Assembly (NCBI GenBank): GCA_043228905.1
Contig: JBHGNT010000007.1
Coordinates: 11,470,001 to 11,534,000 of the forward strand
Direction of reading: 5' to 3'
Length of the DNA stretch: 64,000 bases
Source of the DNA: Azolla caroliniana
Lineage: Eukaryota > Plantae > Polypodiophyta
Under the pieces are notes generated by a model. It was given only the letters and a program-made list of their open reading frames with translations. It ran no database searches and was not told the origin of the DNA. Numbering within the stretch: the first letter of the stretch is position 1; each line of letters opens with the position of its first letter. Shown piece by piece: positions 48,401 through 60,600 of this stretch. The position numbers and the translations under genes were made by a program.

Positions 48401-50177
48401 TGCTCGCAGTAGCCGCGGCCAAGGGGTGGCACCTATATCAAATGGATGTAAAGAATGCGTTCCTGCAAGGTGACCTTGAGGAACAAGTGTACATGGTACA
48501 ACCCCCCGGATTTCACTCCGGAATGAACTCCTCGGCAGTATGCCGACTGAATAAGTCCCTTTACGGACTGAAGCAAGCCCCGCGTGCCTGGAATGCGAAG
48601 ATCACGCAACAACTGCGTCGGATGGGTTTCGTCACGTCAAAGTCGGACTCTTCCCTGTTCATCCGGAAAGGTCGACTCGGCCCGTTTAGTATTCTACTAT
48701 ATGTCGATGACTTGGTCATCACCGGCGCCGACCTAGGTGAAATCGACTGCGTGAAGCTCCAGCTTGCGGCATCGTTCGACATGAAGAATCTGGGAGACCT
48801 TCATTACTTGGGATCGAAGTGATCCGTACCCCCGAAGGCATATTGATCAGCGAACGTCATTACGTGCTGAGTATGCTCTTTAAATTCGGGATGGCCGACT
48901 GTAAGTCCATCTCGACTCCTCTGGACAGAACCGTCAAGCTTCGTCCCGATACGGGAAAGGTATGCAACCCGACGAGGTTCCGACAAATTGTCGGAAGCCT
49001 TATATACTTGACCATCACCCGACCCGACCTCAGTTATCCGGTCGGGGTGATCAGTCAGTTCATGGCGCGACCTACCGAGGAGCACCTTCAGTGTGCGCAA
49101 CGCATACTTCGGTATGTCAACGGCACTAAGGACCGGGGACTGCTATATCGCACCGGTGCAACCACGCGGTTAGTCGGCTACACCGATGCTGATTGGGCTG
49201 GCAACGCCGCCGATCGCCGATCCACGTCTGGATACGCGTTCTCCCTCGGGAGTGCCGCGATCGCGTGGAGCAGTAAGAAGCAGCCGACAGTTGCATTGTC
49301 GAGCACCGAAGCTGAGTTCCGAGGAGCGGCTGTCGCGACATGCGAAGCCATATGGTTGAAGCGGCTACTTAAGGACCTGCGAGAGGAGGTGTCCGATCCA
49401 ACGACGATCTACTGCGACAACCTCAGCAACATCCAACTCGCGAAGAACCCCATCTTCCACGCACGGACCAAGCACATTGAGGTGCACTACCATTTCGTCC
49501 GTGAGCGTGTCCTTTCCCATGAAGTCGAACTTCAGTACGTTCCGACGGATCGGCAGACTGCCAACATCGTCACCAAGCCTCTTGGTCTGGACAAGTTGCG
49601 GCAATTCTCAGGTGCGCTCGGATTGCGTCACCTCGACGTGCCAAACTTGAGGGGGAGAACAGTCCCGAACGACCAAGCAAAGCAGCAGGAAAGGAGCGGA
49701 GACCGCGACACCGAGTCGGTTGTCGACTTCGACTTCGGATCGGCTGAAGAAGCCGAGGGCGGACCCACCGAAAAGTTCGGAAGCGGACAGAAGGGGAGCA
49801 ACCGAAGGAGAGAGCTGAAGCCAACCACGCATGAGGAGGATGACGCCATCGAGGGCGAGAAGACCGAAGACGAGTTAGAGACAGCCAACTCGGACAAGAG
49901 CGAAGACCGATCGGAGGTAGCCGAGTCGGTTCGGATGTTTGATTCAGACACGATGAAGCAACTGAGGCCCAAGCGGAAGAAAAGGCAGCAGAAGAAGCGT
50001 CAACACCGCAACAACAGAAGAGCTGATGAGGGCCACATGAGTAGACAAGCCGACCAGAAGGGTCAAAGCGCGCGGAGTCAAACAGGTCGAGGAGCGCGAG
50101 CGAGGCAAGAAGCCAGGAGGAACCGGTGTTTTGAAGATCCCGAAGAGCCTCAAGTTGAGCTTGAGGAGGAGTGTTGA
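45489..50177 (+). pseudogene. Bryco-like gag-pol remainder; in-frame stop at 46051-46053, frameshift near 48810, charged C-terminal extension
   Basis: ORFs 45463-46053, 46282-48822 (DSGAS, HSDVWGP, RSDGGKEY, LLYVDD), 48819-50177 ([19 protein letters not shown]). Confidence 0.95.
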
Positions 50178-51174
50178 GAGACAAGCTCAACATCGGCCGG
50201 ATCGGCTGAAGAAGCCAAGGACCGGATCGGTTGGGACTGATCGGTTAGGCCGAGTGCATAAACCGGGAGGCCGTTAGGGAAGATATTCCGTGAGGAATAT
50301 ATTTGGGAGTTAGTGTAGGAGCTCTTGATTAGGATTGAAGTACTGTCAGTACTTCGGTCAGTCCTTCTAGGACTTGTATAAAAGTGCTCACTGAGCACGT
50401 CTTATGTACAGATTGAGTATTATTGTTGAATATAGTTTTTTGAGTTTCTCTCTCTGTCTCTCCCGAGTATACTACGTAAGCTCAAGCTCTCCATTGAACC
50501 TGAGTTTCCTTCCTTCTATTCGGTCTTCATACTTGCTTCCGCACGTTACTTTCTACAGTATATAAGTTATTACGTGATTTCAATATGGAATGTTTTCCTT
50601 TTCGAGGAAAGGATCTTGGTGGCCGTCCTCACATTTTTGTGAGAATGGCGTTGTCACCATCCCTTTTTCAACAAATTTTTATTGTTGACATCCCTGTTGG
50701 TGACTTTGATTTCGTTACGTAATGAAACAATCTTAGCCACAATGGTGTTGAGAACGTAGGGTTTGACCCACTTGATGTGGCGTCACTCTTATGACACACA
50801 TATCCAAACACGTTCGCGTTCACAAGTGGAAGGATCGTGTATAAATGGAAGGATAAGGAAAATTTTGGTTGATTTTAGGGTTTTTTCAATGATTTTACAA
50901 AACACATTGATACCTGTATCATACATGTTCAAACATACTATGAAAAAGGTTAAAAATTCACTATTTCCGTGATTTAGAAGTAACTAATAAAAGAGGAATT
51001 TCAAAAAGTTACATTCTCAATTTATATCACAAACTTTACAACCAATGTTATTTTATATGAAACGATTTTTTAGAAATCATAAGAAATCAAAACACATGCT
51101 TTTATATTACTCGATTTGTTACAAGCGGAATGTATTTACACTTAATAGCCAAAAATACATTCATGATCATTCCT

Positions 51175-54100
51175 TTACGGAGAATCACTACTATAACTAA
51201 TATACAATGACGATTCCTCCTCGTCATCCTCGAATGTACCAATCAGTGCATTATCTTCGTCATAAACCAAATGGTTTGACTCTAGATTATATGTAGCAGA
51301 TCTCGTTTGCCTTTGACTCGAGCCACCTTGTAGACCTAGTAATTTTTCTTTTATTATATCTATTGTTGACTTCCTTAATCGTCTGGATTTTATAAGTGTG
51401 GATTGGTACACGATGATATCCACATCAGAGATATCAAGGGTAGAGGTGTTATGAATGTTTCGCTTCCTCTTCCTACCTGCCCTTCTTGTTGGGCATTCAA
51501 TCATCTCCAATGTATACTTACCTGTAAAAGCATTTGCACTTCTAGTGTTGTACCAATGAATGTTTATAGACTTGATAGTGTTTTCTATTTCATGCATTAG
51601 CACTTCTAGAATTTTACCAACCCAAAATTGGTGGCCATGTGAATTCTCATCAGCCAGCGTTGCAATCAACATCCCCGCCGTGAGCTCTTGCAAATTGCCT
51701 TGCCATCTAGCTTTGGTTGCTTTGGTCATCCTTGGTCCCACATAAATGTCTCTTTGTTGTGGATGGACCAACCTGTCATTTATCGCATTTGTTGGTTGCT
51801 TTCTATTTACACGATCGTGTTGCGACGACCATGTGAATGGCGTTTCCAAATTCCAATTATCACCAAATACACAATTGTCTATAATTTCTTTCTGATCACT
51901 ATAAAATACATCCCACCATGATGTGTCTTGTTGTGCGGCATATTTCTTGGTGGCCTCAATATGCTTTCTTTTTTCTTCTAAGGCTTGGAGCCATAACCGT
52001 TTTTGTTCTGATACCAAGTCACTGTGCAACTGTCCTTTCTTCTCAATTGGCATTTGCTTAGCTCCATGGACAATTGTACTCGGCATACAAAGTAATAATT
52101 GGCAACCACCTTCAGGTTCCCATGTTGTAGAAGATGAATATTGTTTAGCATACAAAAATGTAGTCTAACCACTTATTTCATTTTTCTTTATCATAAAAAT
52201 GTGATTGAAGCTTATATTTTTTAACTGGGCAAGCACTTTAACATTCCCAACACCCCCATCTAATATATATCTCTTAAAGTCATATACCTCCTTCAAGTGT
52301 AACACTTTTGGGCGTGGTGTATATGCATCACAAATGATATCAAATAGTTTAGGTAATGTGAAAGCATCATGCCGAGACAACTGTCTAGAGAATGTGCTAA
52401 ACATCTGATCTATATGATCATGTGTGTGGCCAACCAAAAGAAAATTGACTTTCACTTTCCTAAAAAATCCTTAGTTGACCAACATACTTAGATAGCCAAA
52501 CACAGTTGAATTTTTGTTCTCTCTAGCAGTATTGTCCAATTGAATGTAAAGAACAGGGGGGAAAGGTTGGCCCCAAGACATCAAAACTCGGTGAATCACT
52601 ATAACTGTTAGGTTAGGGTCATTGTGAACATTGGGGTATGTAATGAAGACGTGAGGTCCAATAGACCTATTATAAGCTAAGCATCCCACCAAGTGCATTT
52701 GAACAAGGCGCTCATCATTGACGTCTTTGGGGAGCCTCCGCATATGCGGCAAGCACGTCTTCTTCTGGTCCATGCCATCTATCATTAAGCACATGTATTG
52801 TTCGGGCCTCTTCAAACACTTCTCTCTATGATGCATCGCCTTCTTTCGTTCTAACGGTTGTGCCTCACGATGCTCTTGTAGTAACTTCTTACTCATATAT
52901 TTTTCCATTGATGTCTTTGCACCTTTAGCCAAACTTTTAAGATTTGCACAAATGCAGCAATACCCCATGCGTACTTTACATGGAATGATAACATTTGAAA
53001 ACTGAGCTCTCCATAATCTTGTGAATTGGCTATATGTGATAGACTTATTAAAGTCATATACCTCCTTCAAGTGTAACACTTTTGGGCGTGGTGTATATGC
53101 ATCACAAATGATATCAAATAGTTTAGGTAATGTGAAAGCATCATGCCGAGACAACTGTCTAGAGAATGTGCTAAACATCTGATCTATATGATCATGTGTG
53201 TGGCCAACCAAAAGAAAATTGACTTTCACTTTCCTAAAAAATCCTTAGTTGACCAACATACTTAGATAGCCAAACACAGTTGAATTTTTGTTCTCTCTAG
53301 CAGTATTGTCCAATTGAATGTAAAGAACAGGGGGGAAAGGTTGGCCCCAAGACATCAAAACTCGGTGAATCACTATAACTGTTAGGTTAGGGTCATTGTG
53401 AACATTGGGGTATGTAATGAAGACGTGAGGTCCAATAGACCTATTATAAGCTAAGCATCCCACCAAGTGCATTTGAACAAGGCGCTCATCATTGACGTCT
53501 TTGGGGAGCCTCCGCATATGCGGCAAGCACGTCTTCTTCTGGTCCATGCCATCTATCATTAAGCACATGTATTGTTCGGGCCTCTTCAAACACTTCTCTC
53601 TATGATGCATCGCCTTCTTTCGTTCTAACGGTTGTGCCTCACGATGCTCTTGTAGTAACTTCTTACTCATATATTTTTCCATTGATGTCTTTGCACCTTT
53701 AGCCAAACTTTTAAGATTTGCACAAATGCAGCAATACCCCATGCGTACTTTACATGGAATGATAACATTTGAAAACTGAGCTCTCCATAATCTTGTGAAT
53801 TGGCTATATGTGATAGACTTATTACGTGAGCCCACCATATTAGATCGATAGACATTATAAACTTCCCGACATGTGTAATTATCAGAAAGGTGCATCCTAC
53901 CTGTAGTGGGCATTACTTCACAATTTAACTGAAACTAAGTTTTCATCCAACCAATAGCATGTTTTCCAATTGCACCTTTCATACTTGGAACCTCTTTACA
54001 ATTGAGCATCTGATCCCCGCTAAGTAGACGTTGTTGTACTCTATGTAGCCGCATGTTACTAACACATAACGCAATTTTGAATGCAACTCTACATATATGT

Positions 54101-54750
54101 TGCGCATGGAAGATATAATACTCGAATGATACTTTGATCCCCGTACATTTGTCAGACACTAGTTGCATATGTGACCCAAGGTAAGTGTCTTGCTCATCAC
54201 CAGTCATCGAAAAATAGTATCGCCTTAATTCTCACAACTTTGATTTTCTAATCACAGACATACAACCACGAGCACAACATATTTTTTTGACATCAAATCC
54301 AATCTGTTTATCTGATGTCACCAAGTTAAATCTAGACAGATGAATTCTTCGTGGGATTCTTCTAATATGCATAGGGCTTCCAAATTTCTCTTCCTGCATA
54401 GAAGTTGGTGTAACCTTGTTACTATCCAATTCTTTGTTGTGACCATCGCCCATGATATTCGATGTTTCATTGGCACTACCTTCATTGTCCGTATCTTTAT
54501 TAATATCGTATTCTTCAATAGAGAACTCTTCACATGTGTCATTATTCACATTCGTTGTAGGTGAAGATGAGCTCAGACAATACTCTTCGATAGAATATGG
54601 TAAGTCTGTCAACAGACAATATTCTTCAATAGAATATGGTCAATCTGTTGACAAACAATATTCTTCGGTAGAAAATGAAGAGTCTGATGACAAACAATAT
54701 TCTCAGTCATATTTAATATAGAACTTCTCAGTCATTGGTTCATTAATGGC
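51175..54750 (-). pseudogene. DDE-type transposase pseudogene (Sola-like / DUF7869-like)
   Basis: ORFs 54232-54612, 53935-54207, 53245-53913, 52471-53229, 52165-52455, 51175-52155 share one frame, separated only by in-frame stops; motifs CCARGC, CCICANL, IDGMDQKKT, IQLDNTARENKN, FLLVGHTHDHIDQMFS; start uncertain. Confidence 0.8.
52274..53824. repeat. 774-bp in-frame tandem duplication inside the transposase
   Basis: 52274-53047 matches 53048-53821; TTA microhomology at the junction. Confidence 0.96.
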
Positions 54751-54870
54751 ACCATTTTAAATATAAGACTTTTCAATCATTGGTTCATTCATGCCCACAT
54801 CTTTAATACAAAGCAATTAAGAGTCATAAAAATGTTGATTTTAGTAATCAATCATTGGTTCATTCATGAA
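54575..54870. repeat. Degenerate 39-bp coding repeats (YSIEEYCL) and tcattggttcatt repeats at the transposase 5' end
   Basis: acaata(c/t)tcttc recurs every 39 bp from 54577; tcattggttcatt three times in 54730-54870. Confidence 0.75.
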
Positions 54871-55080
54871 CCTCTATCATTGTTTCCTTCATGACCTTCA
54901 AAGTCATTGTAAGTTATTTTGACTATAAAATATTCATCAATATGTTAGTTTGACTTTGTAATCATGAATGCAATCATAATTTACTCAAGTTAATGTGACT
55001 GTGGTTACTAACCAACTAACCTCATGCTTGCCAACCCTGGTTAAGCTGACTCTGGTTACTTTAACCACTGTGGTCAATCC

Positions 55081-55090
55081 CTATAAATAG
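55081..55090 (+). promoter_or_regulatory. TATA box candidate for the + strand companion gene
   Basis: CTATAAATAG about 190 bp upstream of ATG 55273. Confidence 0.55.
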
Positions 55091-55120
55091 GAAGACCTCG
55101 TCATATTTCACTCACACGAA

Positions 55121-55223
55121 ACACAAGAGCACACAAGAGCACACAAGAGCACACAAGAGTACACAGAGCACACAGAGCACACAGAGCACACAAAGCAAAC
55201 AGAGCAAACAGAGCACACAGAGC
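55121..55223. repeat. (ACACAAGAGC)n / (ACACAGAGC)n short tandem repeat in the putative 5' UTR
   Basis: About 11 units of 9-10 bp. Confidence 0.9.
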
Positions 55224-55272
55224 AGGAAGTACCATTGCGAGATCTCCGCCTAATAATCGACGAATATCAACC

Positions 55273-57660
55273 ATGTCTTCAAAGAAAATCGAGCGCCAGG
55301 GCTCCAGGTAAGCCTCTGGCACTGTGGACATTTTTGTAAATAAGTTTTAGCATCAGGAACTCGATACGGCGTATTGAGTTCTTGTATAAAACACAAAGAA
55401 TATGCATGAACTCGATACGGCGTATCTAGTTCTTGTGTGATGTTTAGGTTTTATACAGGAACTCGATACCGCATATCGAGTTCCTCTTCAAAGTTTTTGA
55501 TTTAAACAGGAACTCGATACGCCGTATCGAGTTCCTCTATTTCGTTTGCATTTTAAACAGGAACTCGATACGCCGTATCGAGTTCGTGTATAATATGTGT
55601 GTTTTATACAAGAACTTGATACGGCGTATCGAGTTCCTGTATTATGTTTGCGTTTTATACAGGAACTCGATACACTGTATCGAATTCCTCTATTTTGCTT
55701 GTGTTTTAAACAGGAACTCGAGGTGCCGTATCGAGTTCCTGTATAATATGTGTGTTTTATACAGGAACTCGATACGCTATCAAGTTGTTGTATTATGTTA
55801 GCGTTTTAAACAGGAACTCGATACGCCATATCAAGTTCCTGTTTAAAACACAAACGTTATACAGGAACTCGATACGGCGTATCGAGGTCCTATACATAGT
55901 TTATATTTTCCTATGTATAGTGTGCGTTTTAAACATTTATAGAGGAACTCGATATGCCATATCGAGTTCTTGTTTAAAACACAAACGTTATACAGGAACT
56001 CCATACGGCGTATCGAGGTCCTATACACAGTTTATATTTTCCTGTGTATAGTGTGTGTTTTAAACAGGAACTCGATACGCCGTATCGAGTTCCTATGTTA
56101 TGTAACTCTTTTACAGAGGAACTCGATACAGCGTATCGAGCTCCTGGATTATGTTTGTGTTTTATACAAGAACTCGATATGACGTATTGAGTCCCTGTAT
56201 AAAACAAGAACTTGAAAGAGGAATACTGTGTCTTTGGGGCAACAACTTAGTATTGTGTGAAAAGATATCAAACTTTCTATCAAAATCAGTCTTTTTTTAG
56301 GGTGATTTGCCTTATTTTGTAAAAAATAGGGGCCTTAATAATAGAGGTTTTATGACCTAGTATAGCTTAAAATAGTACAAAATAAGCCACAAATTACCTT
56401 TACGATACCAAATTCAAGTCTATCATATGCAAATTCTCTACAACATGGATATGGAATCAATAGAAGCCATACCTACCCTTCAAAACAATATATATCCTTG
56501 TATACTTATTAAGATATATATTTTCTAAGTTGAATATCCCTTACTACAATAGATTTCTGAATATAGGACTCCCATGTACACTCAATGCATGATTGATATT
56601 TATAGTTTACCACAAATCACCCACTACTTTATTTATTGATCTAATTATTTGTATTTTAATATACAATCTTAATCTACGTGACCACCTAACCTATGTTTGT
56701 GCATGTCCTTTCTTAAATAGGTCGTTTGAGAACTTGTCAGACCGACCTGGGAAGAAGATAAAGCTCTGCATACAGGGTTCTCCAATTGAAACATAGACCC
56801 TAATAGCTCCAGAGACCATGAAGAGAGGACAAAATCTCAATCACACATTGAGGTTAACCAGAAGAAAGTGTAGTAGCTACTGGAGGTGAAGACCTTCCTG
56901 ACCGTGATCTAACGGACAAGGAATGGTGTATGCAATACGTCGACACCGAGAAAAAGTCGTATTGTATACAACAAAGAAGAAGGGCGAGGGGCAGCTTGAA
57001 AATGAAACCCCATTTATGTATGGTCGTATTCTACGATTTGACTACGAAGATGTAGATTCGGCCAACATACTTGTAATGATAGAGTGCTCTAAAGGGGTAC
57101 GTAAAGTGTTCCTTTCTGAAGATCTTCTAGTAAAGGAATCTTGTGGGCCATAAGCTTTCAAAAAAGATCTTGAAAGCTCACAAAACCTTATTGTTACCTT
57201 GAGGCCTTATATACAAGGCCATGTAACTCTAAGGGAGCCATTGCCCTCCCCAATGAAGGCTAGAAAAAGGGCATCTAAAGTACAATCAAGACCACCAAAA
57301 AAGAAGACCACCAAAATGTCGGACTCTGACTCATCAAGTGAAAACGAAGATGACGACACTAAGGGGACACCAGGAGCTGATCTGGCATCGGGTTTGTTGT
57401 CATCCGAGAAGAATAAGATACGAAGAGAGTTAATGCAGCGTAAATTGGTCAGGAAAGGGCAAGTGTTTAATTTGCCTATAACACACATCCATCGTTCCCC
57501 AATTGATGAAAAAACAAGACGAAGACCACTGGAGATTAGAGAGCCACACCCCATGCATGTTCAAAATCTCAAGAAAAAAATGAAAATTAATCCTCATGCC
57601 ACTATGGTGTCTTTTATTGTTATGGTGGATCTTGAAGAATGTGAAACCATTGAAGATTTT
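55273..57660 (+). pseudogene. Spliced companion gene of the transposon (exon 55273-55307, intron 55308-56720, exon from 56721), decayed and interrupted by a copia at 57661; possible ParB-like domain start
   Basis: MSSKKIERQGS-AG|gtaagc...ttcttaaatag|G gives in-frame RSFENLSDRPGKKIK; further ORFs 56923-57153 and 57199-57663. Confidence 0.6.
55355..56196. repeat. Array of 16 palindromic 29-bp repeats (AGGAACTCGATAC-GSC-GTATCGAGTTCCT) with mostly 22-bp spacers, 51-bp period
   Basis: Unit starts 55355, 55406, 55457, 55508, 55559, 55610, 55661, 55712, 55763, 55812, 55863, 55943, 55994, 56066, 56117, 56168. Confidence 0.96.
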
Positions 57661-60600
57661 TGAAAACGATTACTTGCGGAAGCGTTAGAAAACAGAGGAA
57701 GCAAAGAATACACAGAGTACACGGGAGAGACAGAGAGAGCAGAACGTAAAAGCTATATTCAAAAAAACAATAAAAACATTATCTCTAGTTTCAACTGTGC
57801 TCAGTAGCACTATTCATACAAGTCCTCATGGGACTGATAGAAGTACCGCGTACTTCAATGCTCACACGAGTATCTGACACTTACTACGAGACTATAACTA
57901 CCTAGTAGTCTAAACTAATAGTAGGCTTCCGGTTACCGATTGGATCTGACTAACCGGCTCCCTAGCTCACCGGCTCGGTTGCTCACCAGCTTACCGATCC
58001 GTCTCGCTCACCGGCTCAGGCTTATCTAGCCTATCCGGCTCCAGTTGAGCTTGCTGCTCAACACTCCCCCTCAAGCTCAACTTGAGGTTGGATCCTAGTG
58101 TCAGCCTCTATGGCAGTCAGTTCTTCCAACCGACTTCTCCTGGCGTCACTCGGCTTGCTCGCGCTCCTCGTCCGGTCCGGTTCTGTTTGCCGCGACCCCT
58201 CTTGTTCTGCGCACCTCGACCTCCTCGGTCGGCTTGTCTGCTCAACAGGCCCAATTCAGCTCCCTTGCTGCTGTGACTTCGGCGCGTTCCGGTTCGTTGA
58301 TTCCATCGTGTTGGCGTCGACTTTCACTGCCTTCTCATCCTCTTGGCCTTGAATTGATCCGGTTCTTCCGAGTCTGTCTGTTGAACCGAACTAACTGTCT
58401 CTGATTCGTTCCAGCTCTTGTCCGAATCAGTTGCTCCCGATTCCTCTTTTGGTTCCAAGCCCTTCACCACATCGGACCATGTCTGGGTCTTGGCCTTCTT
58501 CCTTCGGTAGGCTTTGTCCTTCTTGACTCTGCCGTCGCTGCCTCTTGTTCCGACTTGTTCGGACGTGTCGACTTCCCTTCTCGACTAGGCTTCTTTCTTC
58601 TTCTTGACTCTCCCTTCGTCGGTTCTTCCCTCACCGGCGCAATCGGCAGTCTCTTTGCCTTTGCCCGTTCCGGTGTCTTTGCCCGTTCTCCCCCTCAAGT
58701 GTGGCACGTTGATATGATGAACACCAAGCATTTCGGTGGAGTGTTGCAACTTGTCCGAACCGAGTGGTTTGGTGAAGATGTTGGCAACTTGCCGATCCGT
58801 GTGAACATACCGAAGTTCGACCTCTCCGCTCAGGACACGCTCACGCACGAAGTGATAGTGCACTTCTATGTGCTTTGTGCGAGCATGGAATATGGGGTTC
58901 TTGGCGAGTTGCATGCTGCTTATGTTGTTGCAGTAGACCAGAATCGGGGTCGGTACCTCGATCCGTAGATCTTGCAGTAGTCGCCGAAGCCAAATGGCCT
59001 CATAGGTGGCAATGGTAGCGCCTCGATACTCAGCCTCAATGCTCGACAGAGCAACTGTTGGCTGCTTTTTGCTGCTCCACGCAACAACCGCGCTACCTAG
59101 GGAAAACATGTAACCAGAGGTTGATCGGCGATCTGATGCATCGCCGGCCCAGTCGGCATCTGTGTAACCGACCAGCTCTTCGGGTATACCGTTGTCGCGT
59201 TATTATGCGCGTGCGTGTGGAAGGGGCGGGACCACGGGGGTCTTGGACGAGGGAGAAGAGGAGAAAGGTTAAGACAACGAATGGAAGATTAGCTCATAGC
59301 TCGAGAAGAGAAGAGAACGAATATGACATTATGATAGAAGAAGACGAAGAAGATGGAGTCAAGATACTCAACAAGAAGTTCGATTAAGAAAACATAAATG
59401 CTTTACAATGGTGGCCGCCATGGCCGTACCAAACGACTATAAGAAAACCCTAAAGGAAAACCCAAGAAGAAACCCTAACCGAACCCTAACGCTCGACCTA
59501 TATGGTATACCTCGCACACTCAAAATAGGCAACCCCCACAATGGTGCCTTCTCTCTCCTTTTATAGCACAAGAAGGGAAGACCGTTTACAAAAGTGAGAC
59601 GAAAATATCCCCTTTCATTCAAAGGGGATATTTGCCTTGATTTGGGGGAGGGTGAGATTGATGGCCCCTTAACTCCCACCTCCTCACAAACAACTAGGTA
59701 CCTATGTACCGCATAGTACCTCTCTCTCTCTCTCTCTCTCGTGTGGATGTGCGTACAACCACATCACCTTTATACCTTTATTACTATTACAAATACATTA
59801 TGTACGTGTGTAACGTTGCACATCTCTCTTTGGCTCTCGTTGCTCGGGTTTCCGCTTGTGGACGAAAATCTTCACGACACCGTGCCGGTATAACAGGCCC
59901 CAGTCCTTCGTGCCGCTTACATATCGCAGTATCCGTTGCGCGCATTGAAGGTGCTCCACGTTCGGCTTCTGCATGAACTGACTTATCATTCCGACCGGAT
60001 AGCTGATGTCAGGTCGCGTGATAGTCAAGTAAATAAGACTCCCGACAATTGGTCGGAACTGTTTCTCGTTGCAAGCTGGTCCGGAGTTGGGACGAAGCTT
60101 CGGGTTCCGGTCCAAGGGTGTGGATATAGGTCGGCATTCTGTCATGCCGAACTTGTACAACATATTCAAGACGTGATGTCGTTGTGAGAGCAATACATCG
60201 TCGGGGGTTCGGATCACCTCGATCCCAAGAAAATAATGAAGGTTCCCCAGGTCCTTCATCTCAAATGCGTCCGACAACTGGGACTTGACGCGGTTGACTT
60301 CTGGAAGACCCGGTTCGGTGATGACTAAATCCTCAACATACAACAAGATACATACCGGACCGGTTGAGCCTTGCTGGATGAACAACGAAGAGTCGGACTT
60401 CGAGGCCGCAAATCCCATCTTACGCAACTGGTGCGTGATCTTCGCATTCAAAGCTCGAGGGGTTTGCTTCAGGCCGTACAACGACTTCTTTAGTCGGCAT
60501 ACCGCCGACTTGTTCATCTCCGATTGAAAACCGAGGGGCTGAGTCATAAAGACTTCTTCTTCAAGATCACCCTGAAGAAACACATTCTTCACATCCATCT

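Larger units (their letters stand above)
39611..50557 (+). mobile_element. Near-complete Bryco-like copia with nested Tork-like copia
   Basis: 386-bp LTRs 39611-39996 and 50172-50557 (about 13 mismatches by eye), PBS 39997, PPT 50160-50171; gag ATG 40069; flanks AAGTT vs GTATA give no TSD. Confidence 0.95.

Noticed and set aside
50775-50788. Third copy of the 19-bp junction motif (atgtggcgtcactc)
   Set aside because: Only a short imperfect match with no associated structure; likely chance
55355-56196. CRISPR array
   Set aside because: Spacers are related to each other and partly duplicated, no cas genes are present, and the context is a eukaryotic transposon intron
55586-56207. Short ORFs across the palindrome array
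   Set aside because: By-product of the 51-bp (17-codon) period
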